Assembly (NCBI GenBank): GCA_044229975.1 | Contig: JBGARZ010000001.1 | Span: 64,001-128,000, forward strand | From: Polyangiales bacterium | Lineage (GTDB): Bacteria; Myxococcota_A; Polyangia; Polyangiales; Ga0077539 | Length of the DNA stretch: 64,000 nt | Direction of reading: 5' to 3' | In this document: positions 1 to 9,377 of the stretch, piece after piece | How the letters are laid out: the number at the start of each line of letters is the position of its first letter | How positions within the stretch are numbered: the stretch's first letter is position 1 | Translations under genes and position numbers: made by a program | Notes under the pieces: generated by a model | Databases searched by the model: none | Told to the model about the DNA's origin: nothing | The model's input: the letters and a program-made list of their open reading frames with translations, nothing else

Positions 1-1473
1 CTGCCCGCTTCGGGCGTGCGCATCCGGCGCATCGAGCGTCGCCGTCACACGAAACGGTGACCGTCGAATCGCGGCGAAGGTGGTCTGCACCGCATCTTCG
101 CCGACGGACTCGGCGCCGCAGCGCAGGGTGTGCTCGCGCAGGCGATCGACGAGCGTGGAGGCCGTGGTGTCGACGGCCACGCCATCGAGGGCACAGCGCA
201 CGTCCGCAGGGAGCACGAGGGTCTGCTGGTAGGGGCGATCGGTGTCGGCCAGGCGTGGAACCACCACGGACACCGGGACCACGTCGCTGAAGGGCCCCTC
301 GAAGTGCTCGGCGTCGAAGGCGCTCACCCGCACGAAGTAGTTGCCCGCAGGCACCGCAGGCACCGCCAGCCGATCGACCGCGACGGGCACCCGCGCATCG
401 GCAGCGATTGCGGTGAAGGCGGCGTCTCGCGCAATCTGCACCCGCCACTCCGCAGGCTCCGGCGCGCCCGGTGGCGTGCCCGGTTCACCCGCGGCGTAGC
501 GGCCCTCGATGGCCCGATCGCCTTCGGCCAACAGCAGTCGTGCGGGGCGTTCGATCCATCGCGGCGCGAGCGGCAATCGGTGCACCGGGGCGATGCGCTC
601 GCCGACCGCAGCGCGCGCGCCGAAGCCCTCCGGAACCGTCACCGTCTGCGCCCCCGACCGGAGCTGCCCCGACCCACGGTAGACGGTCAGCGTGGTGGAC
701 GCGCGCGCGCCCGTCTCGATGGTGAGCTGCGACTCGCCATCGCGCAGGGTCGCCCTTCCTCCAGCGGTGTTGATCGCCACCTGGGTCGGCCGCCGCGGCG
801 GCGCGCGACGCGGCGCCCGAGCGGGACGACCCGGCACCGGCGCCGCGACGACGGGCGGTGTTGGCGTCGCTGTTGGTCCGTTGGCGAGCGTTCCGAGGAA
901 GGCGCGCAGCGACCCGCTGACCAGGGTGGTGTCGCGCGCCGTGGCGGTGCGTCGCACGCGGGTGCTGGTGTCGCCGAGGATCACCACCAGCGTCGACTCA
1001 TACAGCCGAAGCTGCGTGTCGTCGGAGAAGGAGAGCTCGGCCGACGAGCGAGCCTCCGTGCTCACGCGCGTCCCGCGAAAGAGCGAGTCGTTGGCCTGAC
1101 CGGGGCGCGGCTGCGCGGTGGGCAGCGTCTGCACCTCCACCGAGTTGTTGACCACGGTGAGGAAGGCCACCGGCACCGGGCCGCGCTGCGGGGGCAGTCG
1201 CCGTGGGAGGCGCAGCACCATGCCCGCGACGAGCCGCCGCTGGGCCGGGCACACCGTCGGGTTGTACTGGTGGATCACGTCGGTGCGCGCCGGGTTGCGA
1301 AACACCCGCCGCGCGATGGCCGCGCAGGTCTCTCCCGCGCGCACCGGAACGTCGACGAGCTCCACCGCAGCGGCGGTCGGACGCGGGTTGCGCCGCGGCT
1401 GCGCGCCGGCCGTGGAAGCCGCGAGCACCACCGCCATCGAGGCCGCGAGCGAGCCCTGCCGACGCCTCGTCAA
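1..1473 (-). CDS. Secreted LysM + FecR-like domain protein with an FN3-like C-terminal part (runs off the window edge)
   Basis: Not in the ORF track; translated by hand from TTG at 1473, which overlaps the kinase stop (TTGA). Signal peptide MTRRRQGSLAASMAVVLAASTAGA/QP. LysM-like VRAGETCAAIARRVF...IHQYNP...LVAGMVLRLP. FecR-like LFRGTRVSTEARSSAELSFSDDTQLRLYESTLVVI and TLTVYRGSGQL. FN3-like WRVQIARDAAFT...GNYFVRVSAFDAEHFEGPFS. No stop before position 1. Confidence 0.8.
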   Translation of the reverse strand, partial: MTRRRQGSLAASMAVVLAASTAGAQPRRNPRPTAAAVELVDVPVRAGETCAAIARRVFRNPARTDVIHQYNPTVCPAQRRLVAGMVLRLPRRLPPQRGPVPVAFLTVVNNSVEVQTLPTAQPRPGQANDSLFRGTRVSTEARSSAELSFSDDTQLRLYESTLVVILGDTSTRVRRTATARDTTLVSGSLRAFLGTLANGPTATPTPPVVAAPVPGRPARAPRRAPPRRPTQVAINTAGGRATLRDGESQLTIETGARASTTLTVYRGSGQLRSGAQTVTVPEGFGARAAVGERIAPVHRLPLAPRWIERPARLLLAEGDRAIEGRYAAGEPGTPPGAPEPAEWRVQIARDAAFTAIAADARVPVAVDRLAVPAVPAGNYFVRVSAFDAEHFEGPFSDVVPVSVVVPRLADTDRPYQQTLVLPADVRCALDGVAVDTTASTLVDRLREHTLRCGAESVGEDAVQTTFAAIRRSPFRVTATLDAPDAHARSGQ

Positions 1474-2960
1474 CGTCCCCTCCGCACGGCGCGGAGCACC
1501 TTCTGACAGATCGACGCGTCGTCCACCGACGCGAGCGCGGCGTCGCTGGCACCCGCCCGAATCATCGCCGCGGCAGCATCGGCGCGCGGCAGGTCGAGCA
1601 CCACCACGGGCAGCTTCCGCAGCTCGGGCAGCGCCTCGGATCGCACCCAGCGCGCCTTGCGGTCGGCGTCGGCGTCGCCCGCGATGATGACCGCGCGCCA
1701 CGACATGCGATCGGGCGCCAACGGCGTGAGCCCCGCCAGCTTCAGCGGAAAACCCGTCACGCCCTGGGACGCGAGCGCATTGCGGAGCGCCTGCGTGCGG
1801 GCCTCGGAGAAGCCCCACAGCGCGACGCGCGGCGAGGGCCCCGTCTCGTTGGCGTTGCCCTCGGCAGGGTGTGCCCGCTCGGGAGCGAGCGCGCGCTCGT
1901 CCCTCGAAAGCCCCGCGTTGCGGGCGCGATCGACGGTGTCCTGCGCGGCGAGGGAGAGCGGGTCGCCGCCGCGGGCGCAGAGGCCGAGGGCGTCGCGAAA
2001 CTCCGCCGCCGTGGGGCGCTGCTCGGGTCGCTTGGAGAGGGCGCGCATGGTGAGCGCTTCGAGCCCGGCGGGCACCGCGCGCGGGAGCTTGCGCTCGTCG
2101 AAGCGGGGCGGCGGGTTGAACATCTGCTGCGCGAGGATCTCGGCCACCGACTGCCCGAGGAAGGGCGGCTCGCCGATGAGCAGCTCGTAGAGGATGGTGC
2201 CCACCGCGTAGACGTCGGCGGCAGGGCCCACGTTGCGGCCGACACACTGCTCGGGGGACATGTACTGGGGCGTTCCGCGCACGGTGCCGGTGCGGGTGAT
2301 CTTCTCGACGGAGGTCTCCTCGACGAAGGCCGCGATGCCGAAGTCGAGCACCTTCACGCGGTCGGTGCGGTCGCCCGCGTCGAGCAGCATGATGTTTTCG
2401 GGCTTGAGGTCGCGGTGCACGACGCCCATCGCGTGGGCCGCCTCCAACACCTGGAGCACCTGGTCGACGACGGCGACGGCGCGCGGCACCGGCATGGTGA
2501 GACCGCCCGCCATCACCTGGGTGTCGAGGGAGGAGCCGCGGAGGAGTTCCATGACGAGGAAGAGCTCGCCGAGGTGCTCGCCGTAGTCGACGACGGACAC
2601 GATGTTGGGGTGGCGCAGCCGCGCGAGCACCACGGCCTCGCGGCGAAACCGCGCCCGCATCTCCGCCCGCGCCGTCCACTCCGCCAGCAGGAACTTCACC
2701 GCCACCTGCTCGCCGAGCTCGTTGTGCCGCGCCCGGTAGACGCGCCCCATGCCCCCGGCGCCGAGCAGCGACTCCAGCGTGTAGCGCCCCGCGACGGTCT
2801 GCCCGATGCGATCGTCGACCGGGAGCTTGCCGCACACCGGGCACGGCCCGTCGCGATCGGCCAGCGTGCCGCAGCCCTCGCACGGCGGGATGTCCACGTC
2901 GCCCGCGTCGGACAACCGGGGTCCCTCGCCCGTCAACCGCCGCTCGTCGTCGACGCTCAT
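1470..2960 (-). CDS. Hanks-type Ser/Thr protein kinase with N-terminal Cys4 zinc ribbon and C-terminal degenerate receiver-like domain
   Basis: ATG at 2960 overlaps the cyclase stop (ATGA). Motifs CEGC...CPVC, LGAGGMGRVY, VAVK, HRDLKPEN, DFG and GTPQYMSPE. The C-terminal LRKLPVVVLD...MIRAGASDAAL resembles the end of a receiver fold. Confidence 0.92.
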   Translation of the reverse strand: MSVDDERRLTGEGPRLSDAGDVDIPPCEGCGTLADRDGPCPVCGKLPVDDRIGQTVAGRYTLESLLGAGGMGRVYRARHNELGEQVAVKFLLAEWTARAEMRARFRREAVVLARLRHPNIVSVVDYGEHLGELFLVMELLRGSSLDTQVMAGGLTMPVPRAVAVVDQVLQVLEAAHAMGVVHRDLKPENIMLLDAGDRTDRVKVLDFGIAAFVEETSVEKITRTGTVRGTPQYMSPEQCVGRNVGPAADVYAVGTILYELLIGEPPFLGQSVAEILAQQMFNPPPRFDERKLPRAVPAGLEALTMRALSKRPEQRPTAAEFRDALGLCARGGDPLSLAAQDTVDRARNAGLSRDERALAPERAHPAEGNANETGPSPRVALWGFSEARTQALRNALASQGVTGFPLKLAGLTPLAPDRMSWRAVIIAGDADADRKARWVRSEALPELRKLPVVVLDLPRADAAAAMIRAGASDAALASVDDASICQKVLRAVRRGR

Positions 2961-4768
2961 GTCATCACCTCGAAGATCTCGACCGGCGCCCGCTTCCCGC
3001 GAATCGGATGCGGCCCCAGCGGCGAGAAGCCGAACGCCTCTCCCCCACCGCGCGTCACCTCCATCGTCACCAGCGTCTGCCCCCCGCGCGCGAGGGACTC
3101 CAGGCGCGCCGAGACGTTCACCACGTCGCCGATGGCCGTGTACTCCATGCGCGCCTCGCTCCCGAGGTTGCCCAGCAGCGCCTCGCCGGTGTGCACCCCG
3201 ATGCCCAGCTTCACCTCGATGCCGTAGCGCTCCAGCCACTCGGGCGCGCTCACCTCGACGAAGCGGTGCATGTCCTCGGCGGCTTCCAACGCGGCCTTGC
3301 ACTGCGCCGCGTGGTCGCCCGGGTCGCTTCCGGCGCCCCACACCGCCATCACGCAGTCGCCGATGAACTTGTCGACCATCCCGCCGTGACGAAACACCAC
3401 CTCCGTCAGCACGGTGAAGAGCTCGTTGAGGAAGGCCACCACCCGCTCGGGCGGCGCCTTCTCCGCGAAGGCCGTGAAGGCCACCACGTCGGCGAAGAGC
3501 ACCGTCACCTGCCGACGATCGCCTCCCAGCGCCAGCGACGCGCGCCCCTCCGCCACCGAGCGCGCCACCTCCGCGGGGAGGAAGCGCGACAGGTCGTTTT
3601 CCACCTTGGCGAGCCGGCCGACCTCTCGCTCGCTCGCGACGAGCGTGTCGGCCATGGACTCCATCGCAGCGCCCAGCGCTTCGAGCTCGTCGCCCGTTCG
3701 CACCGTCGAGCGCGCCGCAAACTGCCTCGCCGCGTAGGCCCTTGTGAGCGCCACGAGCCCGGCGATGGGCCGCGTGGTGCGCGCCCCGAGCCACGCACCG
3801 ACCACCACCGCGAGCGCCACGAGGCCAGCCACGCTGCCCATGAGCAGCTCGCGCATCTTCGCAAGCGACTGGAACACCTCGCGCTGCGGCCGCCGCACCA
3901 GCACCGCCCACTGCCGCGCCGGGAGCGTGAGCAGCGATCCCACCATGGGCTCGGCCCCCTGGTAGTCCTCGGTGAGCTGCAACGGCCGCGCGAAGCCATC
4001 TTCGGAGATGCGGGCGCGCGAGAAGATCTCACGTCCTGCCATGGACGCGCCCACGGGCATGCCGGGCCCGCGCGAGAGCAGCCGCAGCGCACGGTCGACG
4101 ACGAGCACGCGGTCAGCCTGCCCGAAGCGGTCGCGGGAGATGTTGCCGACGGTGTCTTCGATCCATCGTGGCGAGACGGAGCCGATGACCCACCCGCGGA
4201 GCTGGTCGTCCCGCATCAGCGCGATGACGAAGCGCAGCGTGACCCCGTTGGGCCCGAACTCGGGCACCGCCCACTCGCCGAACTCGGGCCTTCGCCCGCG
4301 CACCTCGGCCGGAATCTGCCGCGGGGCCGCGGGCTCCGGAGACTCGCCGACGCGCGCGATGGTGTCGACGTACTCGCCGTCGGGTCGGTAGATCGCGACG
4401 TGCTGTAGCGCTGCGGCGCGGGCCAGGATCTCCCGCGCGATGAAGAGCCTCGCCTCGTCGTCGGCGATGCGCCCCTCGGTGAGCACGCGCCCGAGGCGCA
4501 GGGTGGCCTCGCCCGCGTAGTCGAGGTCGCGATCGAGGGAGTCGCCCACGCGATCACACACGGCGAGCTCGAGCTCCTGCTCGGCGCGGTGCAGGCCCGC
4601 GCGCTGGAGGCGCAGCGTGAACACCGCGAGCGCCGCGATGGGGACGAGCGCCATGACGAGGAGCACCGCGGTCCATCGAGAGCGCAACGACAGGCTAACG
4701 CGGCGCGCAGGGGTTGTAGTGGGCGCTGACAACGGGATCGTGAGCCTCCGAGAGTCAGCGTACGCCAC
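2957..4768 (-). CDS. Membrane class III adenylate cyclase (TM - Cache-like sensor - TM - HAMP - cyclase)
   Basis: Two hydrophobic segments, HAMP (TRPIAGL...TGDELEALGAAMESM), and cyclase motifs LFADVVAFT, DKFIGDCVM, GIGVHTG and YTAIGDVVNVSARLE. Lys and Thr at the substrate positions indicate ATP specificity. Start uncertain. Confidence 0.9.
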   Translation of the reverse strand: MAYADSRRLTIPLSAPTTTPARRVSLSLRSRWTAVLLVMALVPIAALAVFTLRLQRAGLHRAEQELELAVCDRVGDSLDRDLDYAGEATLRLGRVLTEGRIADDEARLFIAREILARAAALQHVAIYRPDGEYVDTIARVGESPEPAAPRQIPAEVRGRRPEFGEWAVPEFGPNGVTLRFVIALMRDDQLRGWVIGSVSPRWIEDTVGNISRDRFGQADRVLVVDRALRLLSRGPGMPVGASMAGREIFSRARISEDGFARPLQLTEDYQGAEPMVGSLLTLPARQWAVLVRRPQREVFQSLAKMRELLMGSVAGLVALAVVVGAWLGARTTRPIAGLVALTRAYAARQFAARSTVRTGDELEALGAAMESMADTLVASEREVGRLAKVENDLSRFLPAEVARSVAEGRASLALGGDRRQVTVLFADVVAFTAFAEKAPPERVVAFLNELFTVLTEVVFRHGGMVDKFIGDCVMAVWGAGSDPGDHAAQCKAALEAAEDMHRFVEVSAPEWLERYGIEVKLGIGVHTGEALLGNLGSEARMEYTAIGDVVNVSARLESLARGGQTLVTMEVTRGGGEAFGFSPLGPHPIRGKRAPVEIFEVMT

Positions 4769-4849
4769 GACTTCCGCCCCGCGATAGACACTCCTCGGCG
4801 CGGTGATGCTTCGGCGCAGGGAGTGTGGTGGAATGCCAGGGGCAGCGCG

Positions 4850-5806
4850 ATGACCGACCAGACGTTCAGCCTCGCTCGAAGCCGGTGTCGATGGGCGTTT
4901 GCGCTCTGCCTCGCGCTCACCACCGGATGCCCGGGCATCGCCATCGTCGGCGGCGACCTCCCCTCACAGGACGACTCCTCCCTCAGCGACCTCGGCGCCG
5001 ACGTCCCGGCCGAAGACCGCGGCGCAAACGCCGACGGCGGTGATGTCCCCGACGCAACGGACGTCGCGGACGCCGGGGACGCAGACGACGTGTCGGACGC
5101 GTCGCTCGTCGACCTCGTCGCGGCCGATCTCGTCGCGGCCGATCTCGTCGACCTCGATCTCCCTGTTGTGGATGTGCCCACGATCGACGTGCCCACGATC
5201 GACGTGCCCACGATCGACGTGCCCACGATCGATGTGCCCACGATCGATGTGCCCACGATCGACGTGCCCACGATCGATGTGCCCGCCATGGACGCCGGCC
5301 TGCCCGACGTTCCGGTGGTCGACGTGCCTTCGCCGGACGTCTCCGTCGACCGCCCCGACGTTCAGGTGGTCGACACGCCGTCGCAAGATGTCGCCGTCGA
5401 CCGGGTCGATGTCGTCGCGGTCGAGGACATCTCGGCGGTCACTCCCGATCGCCCCGACGCAGGCTTCCCCGACAGCGGTATCCCCGACGCTGGAACTCCC
5501 GACGTTGGCTGCGGCGGGCGCCTGCTGTGCGACGGCGAGTGCGTCAACACGTCGACCGACCCACGCCACTGCGGTGGCTGCGGGACGGCCTGCGCCACGG
5601 GTCAGACCTGCACCGACGGCATGTGCCGCGGCCTCGTCTCGATGGACGCCTCCTCCTGCGTGACGCCGCTCGTGGGCTGCCCCGAAGGCTGCGTCAACAC
5701 GCTGAACAACCCGCGCAACTGTGGTGCCTGCGGGACCATCTGCTCGACCGGGACCACGTGCCTCTCCGGCGCGTGCCGACCGCCGACCGAGGCCGGCGTG
5801 AATTGA
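4850..5806 (+). CDS. Cys-rich lipoprotein with Asp-periodic linker and two STIG1/MXAN_6577-like Cys repeats
   Basis: Lipobox LTTGC, (DVPTI)n linker, and repeats CVNTSTDPRHCGGCGTAC and CVNTLNNPRNCGACGTIC. Start ATG 4850 or GTG 4823. Confidence 0.8.
   Translation: MTDQTFSLARSRCRWAFALCLALTTGCPGIAIVGGDLPSQDDSSLSDLGADVPAEDRGANADGGDVPDATDVADAGDADDVSDASLVDLVAADLVAADLVDLDLPVVDVPTIDVPTIDVPTIDVPTIDVPTIDVPTIDVPTIDVPAMDAGLPDVPVVDVPSPDVSVDRPDVQVVDTPSQDVAVDRVDVVAVEDISAVTPDRPDAGFPDSGIPDAGTPDVGCGGRLLCDGECVNTSTDPRHCGGCGTACATGQTCTDGMCRGLVSMDASSCVTPLVGCPEGCVNTLNNPRNCGACGTICSTGTTCLSGACRPPTEAGVN
5171..5290 (+). repeat. 15-bp in-frame tandem repeat GAYGTGCCCACGATC x7 plus one variant unit (DVPTI x7, DVPAM)
   Basis: Directly visible. 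The seven full units differ only at the third base (C/T). Confidence 0.95.
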
Positions 5807-8742
5807 CCGCCCGCGGCGTGGGGGCACGCCAGGGAGCCAGGTTTCTTCCGCGCGAGGTCGACCGGGCGGGCGCCGCGCTCGCGCTCTCCCAGGCGCGTGA
5901 CCATGGCCTCGACCTCGACCTCGCCGCAGCGCGCGCCATCATCGAACACCTCGGAGCCGGTGCCCCCGGGGTGCTCCCGATCCTCTTCCGCCACGAGGGC
6001 TTGCTGCGACGGCTCTCGGTCGAGCTCGATGGGCAACAGCTCGTCCGCGCTCCGTCGCCGACGTTCGCGGTGTCGCCGGACGACGACCTCGACGCCGTGA
6101 AGGCGGCCCTCCGCCGCGCGCGTGACGAGGCCCTGCTGCGGGTCACGCTGCGCGAGTTGCTCGCGACCGTCGACGTCGACCGAACCGCGCGGGAGTGGTC
6201 CGACGCAGCGAGCGCTTGCATCGACGCGGCGCTGTCGTCGGCCAACGCGATGGCGAGTCGTCGTCACGGCCCACCCCTCGACGCGGACGGTCGGGTCATC
6301 GGGATGACCGCGCTCGGCATGGGCAAGCTCGGCGGGCGCGAGCTCAACCTGGGCTCCGACATCGATGTCTGCCTCTTCTACGCGAGCGACGATGGTGCGG
6401 CGGGCGACTATCCCCTCGCTGTTCACTTCGCGCGCGTCGGCGCGACCTTCGTCAACCTGCTGGCCGACGTCACGGCCCGCGGCTTCGCCTTCCGCGTCGA
6501 CCTCCGCCTGCGCCCCGAAGGGCGACAGGGCCCCATCGCCTGCTCGCGCGCCTCGGCCGAGCGCTACTACCAGACGTGGGGACGCCCCTGGGAGCGCGCC
6601 GCCCTGCTCCGCGCCCGCCCCGTCGCCGGCGACCGCGCGCTGGGCCGCTCGCTGCTCGACGCGCTGCGACCGTTCGTGTTTCGCCGCGAGGTCGACCCGG
6701 CCGTGACCGCGACCCTGCGAGACATGCTCTTCCGCTCGCGCCGCGAGCAGCTCCGCGACGACGCGCGCGACCTCAAGCTCGGGCGTGGAGGCATCCGCGA
6801 GGCGGAGTTCTTCGTGCAGTCGTGGCAGCTCCTGTGGGGCGGACTGCACCCGGTGTTGCAGACGCCCTCCACGCTCCGCGCGCTGTCCCGCCTCCGCGCG
6901 CTCGGGCTCGTCTCCGACCGCGACGCGCGCGACCTCGACGACGCCTGGGGTCTGCTCCGGCGCGTCGAGCACCGCGTGCAAGCCGGCGCTCCCTACGCCA
7001 CGCACGCCCTCCCCGAAGATCCGACGCGCCTCGCCGCGCTCGCCCGATCGCTCGGTTACCCCGGCGCCGACGAGCTCATGGCCGCGCTCACCGCGGCGCG
7101 TGACCGCGTGCGCGAGCTCTCCGATGGCCTCGCGGACCACCTCGCCCGCCCGACGCTGCGCGCCGATCCCCTCGCGGCGACCTCGCGCCTCGCTCGACGG
7201 GTGACCGCCAACCGCGATGACCCGTCGCTCGGCGAGCGTGTCGTCGAAGCGCTCGGAGTACGCGACGCCGACGCCGCCGTCATCGAGCTGCGCCGCCTCG
7301 CGCGCCGACCTGACCTCCCGCTGGGCGCCGAGACCACCGCGGACGTGTCGGAGTTCGGTCCGCGCCTGCTCGCGGAGGTGCGCGACGCGCCTGACCCCGA
7401 CCTCGCGCTCTCGCATGTGGCCACGCTCTTCGAGCGCGTCTACGCGCCGCGCCAGTACGCCCGCTGGCTGCTCGACCGCCCGTCGTTGCTACGCGGCCTC
7501 GTCGGGCTCTTCGGCGCCAGCGAGCCGCTGTCCCGCTCGCTGCTCGCGCGTCCGCAGCTCATCGAGACCTTCGTCACCCACAGCGCCGCCCCCGACCCCG
7601 CGGAGATCCGCGCCTCCGTCGACGCGGCCGCGACCGACTCCGACGGCGACGCCGAGGCGATCGTCGGCAACCTCCGACGCGCCATGAGGGAGGTGATGCT
7701 CTCCGTCGGGGTCGCCGACCTCGCGGGTGAGCTCGCGCCCCAGCAGGTGAGCGAGCGGCTCTCCGCGCTCGCCGAGGCCGTCGTCACGCGGTGCCTCGAC
7801 CTCGCGGGCGCCGAGTGCCGCGCCCGCTTCGGAACCCTCGTCCCCGACGAACCCCTCGCAGGCATCGGGGTCGTCGCGCTCGGGAGCCTGGCCGCGAGCG
7901 AGCTCAGCCACGGCGGCGACCTCGACCTGCTCTTCCTCCACGGCCACGACGACGACCGCGTCACCTCTGGCGGCACGCGTGGCGCGATCACGGCCCCTGA
8001 GTACGCCATCCGCCTCGCCCAGCGAACGCTCTCCCTCCTCTCCGCCTCCCACGACGCGGGTCCCGGCTACGCGATCGACACGCGCCTGCGCCCCTCTGGC
8101 GCGCAGGGAACCCTCGTCACCTCGCTCCCCTCGTTTGTCCGCCATCACCGCGCGTCGGACTCCTGGGAGCGACAGGCCCTCGTGCGTGCGCGGCCGGTGA
8201 CGGGCGACCCGACCTTCTGCGCGACGCTCCGCGAGACCCTCGTGGCGGTGGCCTACGACCGCGGACCCGCGGACCTGGGCGAGCTACGCCGACTGCGCGC
8301 CCGCATGGAGCTGGAGCTCGGTCGCGAAGACCGCGGGGCCACCTCCCTCAAGTACGGGCGCGGCGGCCTCGTCGACGTGGAGTTTGTCGTCCAGGCGCTC
8401 CAGATGAACCACGGCGCCGACCCCTCGGTGCGCGCGCCCAACACCCGCGCGGCGCTGCTCGCCCTGCGCGGCGGTGGCTACCTCGACGAAGCCGCCGCCG
8501 AGACGCTGCTCCAGGCCGAGTCGTCGCTTCGTGCGCTGCTCCACGCGACCCGGCTCGCCACCCACCGGAGCGTGGTGATCCCGTCATCCCCCGCGACGGT
8601 CGCCATCGCCCGACGCCTCGGCTACCGCGACCGCGCCGACCGCAGCGCCCTCGACGCCCTGCTCGCCGACCTTGCCCGCACCCGCGACGCCACCCGGCGC
8701 GTCTTCCGCGACGTCCTGGCCCGCCTCGATCGATCGACCTGA
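5803..8742 (+). CDS. glnE: Bifunctional glutamine synthetase adenylyltransferase/adenylyl-removing enzyme
   Basis: Two nucleotidyltransferase domains: GMGKLGGRELNLGSDID...RVDLRLRPEG...WERAALLRAR...LKLGRGGIREAEF, and ELSHGGDLD...IDTRLRPSG...WERQALVRAR...LKYGRGGLVDVEF. Probable TTG start at 5803 overlaps the upstream stop. Confidence 0.92.
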   Translation: MTARGVGARQGARFLPREVDRAGAALALSQARDHGLDLDLAAARAIIEHLGAGAPGVLPILFRHEGLLRRLSVELDGQQLVRAPSPTFAVSPDDDLDAVKAALRRARDEALLRVTLRELLATVDVDRTAREWSDAASACIDAALSSANAMASRRHGPPLDADGRVIGMTALGMGKLGGRELNLGSDIDVCLFYASDDGAAGDYPLAVHFARVGATFVNLLADVTARGFAFRVDLRLRPEGRQGPIACSRASAERYYQTWGRPWERAALLRARPVAGDRALGRSLLDALRPFVFRREVDPAVTATLRDMLFRSRREQLRDDARDLKLGRGGIREAEFFVQSWQLLWGGLHPVLQTPSTLRALSRLRALGLVSDRDARDLDDAWGLLRRVEHRVQAGAPYATHALPEDPTRLAALARSLGYPGADELMAALTAARDRVRELSDGLADHLARPTLRADPLAATSRLARRVTANRDDPSLGERVVEALGVRDADAAVIELRRLARRPDLPLGAETTADVSEFGPRLLAEVRDAPDPDLALSHVATLFERVYAPRQYARWLLDRPSLLRGLVGLFGASEPLSRSLLARPQLIETFVTHSAAPDPAEIRASVDAAATDSDGDAEAIVGNLRRAMREVMLSVGVADLAGELAPQQVSERLSALAEAVVTRCLDLAGAECRARFGTLVPDEPLAGIGVVALGSLAASELSHGGDLDLLFLHGHDDDRVTSGGTRGAITAPEYAIRLAQRTLSLLSASHDAGPGYAIDTRLRPSGAQGTLVTSLPSFVRHHRASDSWERQALVRARPVTGDPTFCATLRETLVAVAYDRGPADLGELRRLRARMELELGREDRGATSLKYGRGGLVDVEFVVQALQMNHGADPSVRAPNTRAALLALRGGGYLDEAAAETLLQAESSLRALLHATRLATHRSVVIPSSPATVAIARRLGYRDRADRSALDALLADLARTRDATRRVFRDVLARLDRST

Positions 8743-9210
8743 GAGGGCAGCGCGGATGTCACTCACGATGCCTTCGGTGAGCGCGTCGTCGGGCAGCGTG
8801 AGGGTGAGCGATCGACCGTCGCGCAACCGCAGCAGGAGCCGCTCGGAGGGGTCGCGGCTCCACCCTCCCGCGACCGGAACCGCCTCCGCCGAGGCCACCT
8901 CCGCGAAGGGCCAGCGCTCGTGGAGGTCGGGGTCGCGATCGACGCCGAGCACCTTCGCCTGGTGATCGAGTGTCACGCGCCAGACCGTCCTCGAACGCAG
9001 CGCCGCCACCGCAAGCGCGACCGTGACCAGCGACGCGACGGCGACATACCAGCGCGCGACGGCCCACACGCCCCATCCCCCGCGGAGAAACGCGAGGGTC
9101 GCGAACACCACCACCCCCGCCCCGAAGGCCACGGCGAAGCGGCGCGCGAGTGTGATGTGCGCGCTCTCGTAGATCACCTCCGGCCCCGCGGGCTGCGCCT
9201 GGACTTCCAT
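8584..9210 (-). CDS. Hypothetical membrane protein (2 TM plus small beta domain)
   Basis: Two hydrophobic helices, and ATG 9210 preceded by a TACACT -10 box. The 3' end overlaps glnE convergently by 159 nt. Confidence 0.6.
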   Translation of the reverse strand: MEVQAQPAGPEVIYESAHITLARRFAVAFGAGVVVFATLAFLRGGWGVWAVARWYVAVASLVTVALAVAALRSRTVWRVTLDHQAKVLGVDRDPDLHERWPFAEVASAEAVPVAGGWSRDPSERLLLRLRDGRSLTLTLPDDALTEGIVSDIRAALSGRSIEAGQDVAEDAPGGVAGAGKVGEQGVEGAAVGAVAVAEASGDGDRRGG

Positions 9211-9361
9211 TGCCGCGAGTGTAGAGCCCAATCACCCGATGGGACCGTGTATCGTTTACGGGTGCCGCGTGAACCAGCCTTCACAAGCCGCCCGCCCCCC
9301 CGCGGGGGGCTACCGACGGCACCCTGGTGACATTCGACGGGGATCCCCGGCTCTGCAACGC

Positions 9362-9377
9362 TGGCCTTGAGGTTGCA
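9362..9377 (+). promoter_or_regulatory. Putative sigma-54 (-24/-12) promoter of the beta-barrel gene
   Basis: TGGCCTTGAGGTTGCA has GG and GC at the exact -24/-12 spacing, about 40 nt upstream of ATG 9419, followed by an AGGAG RBS. Confidence 0.6.

Noticed and set aside
5171..5290. Tandem repeat as a possible CRISPR array
   Set aside because: The units are contiguous with no unique spacers, lie in frame within a CDS, and there are no cas genes.
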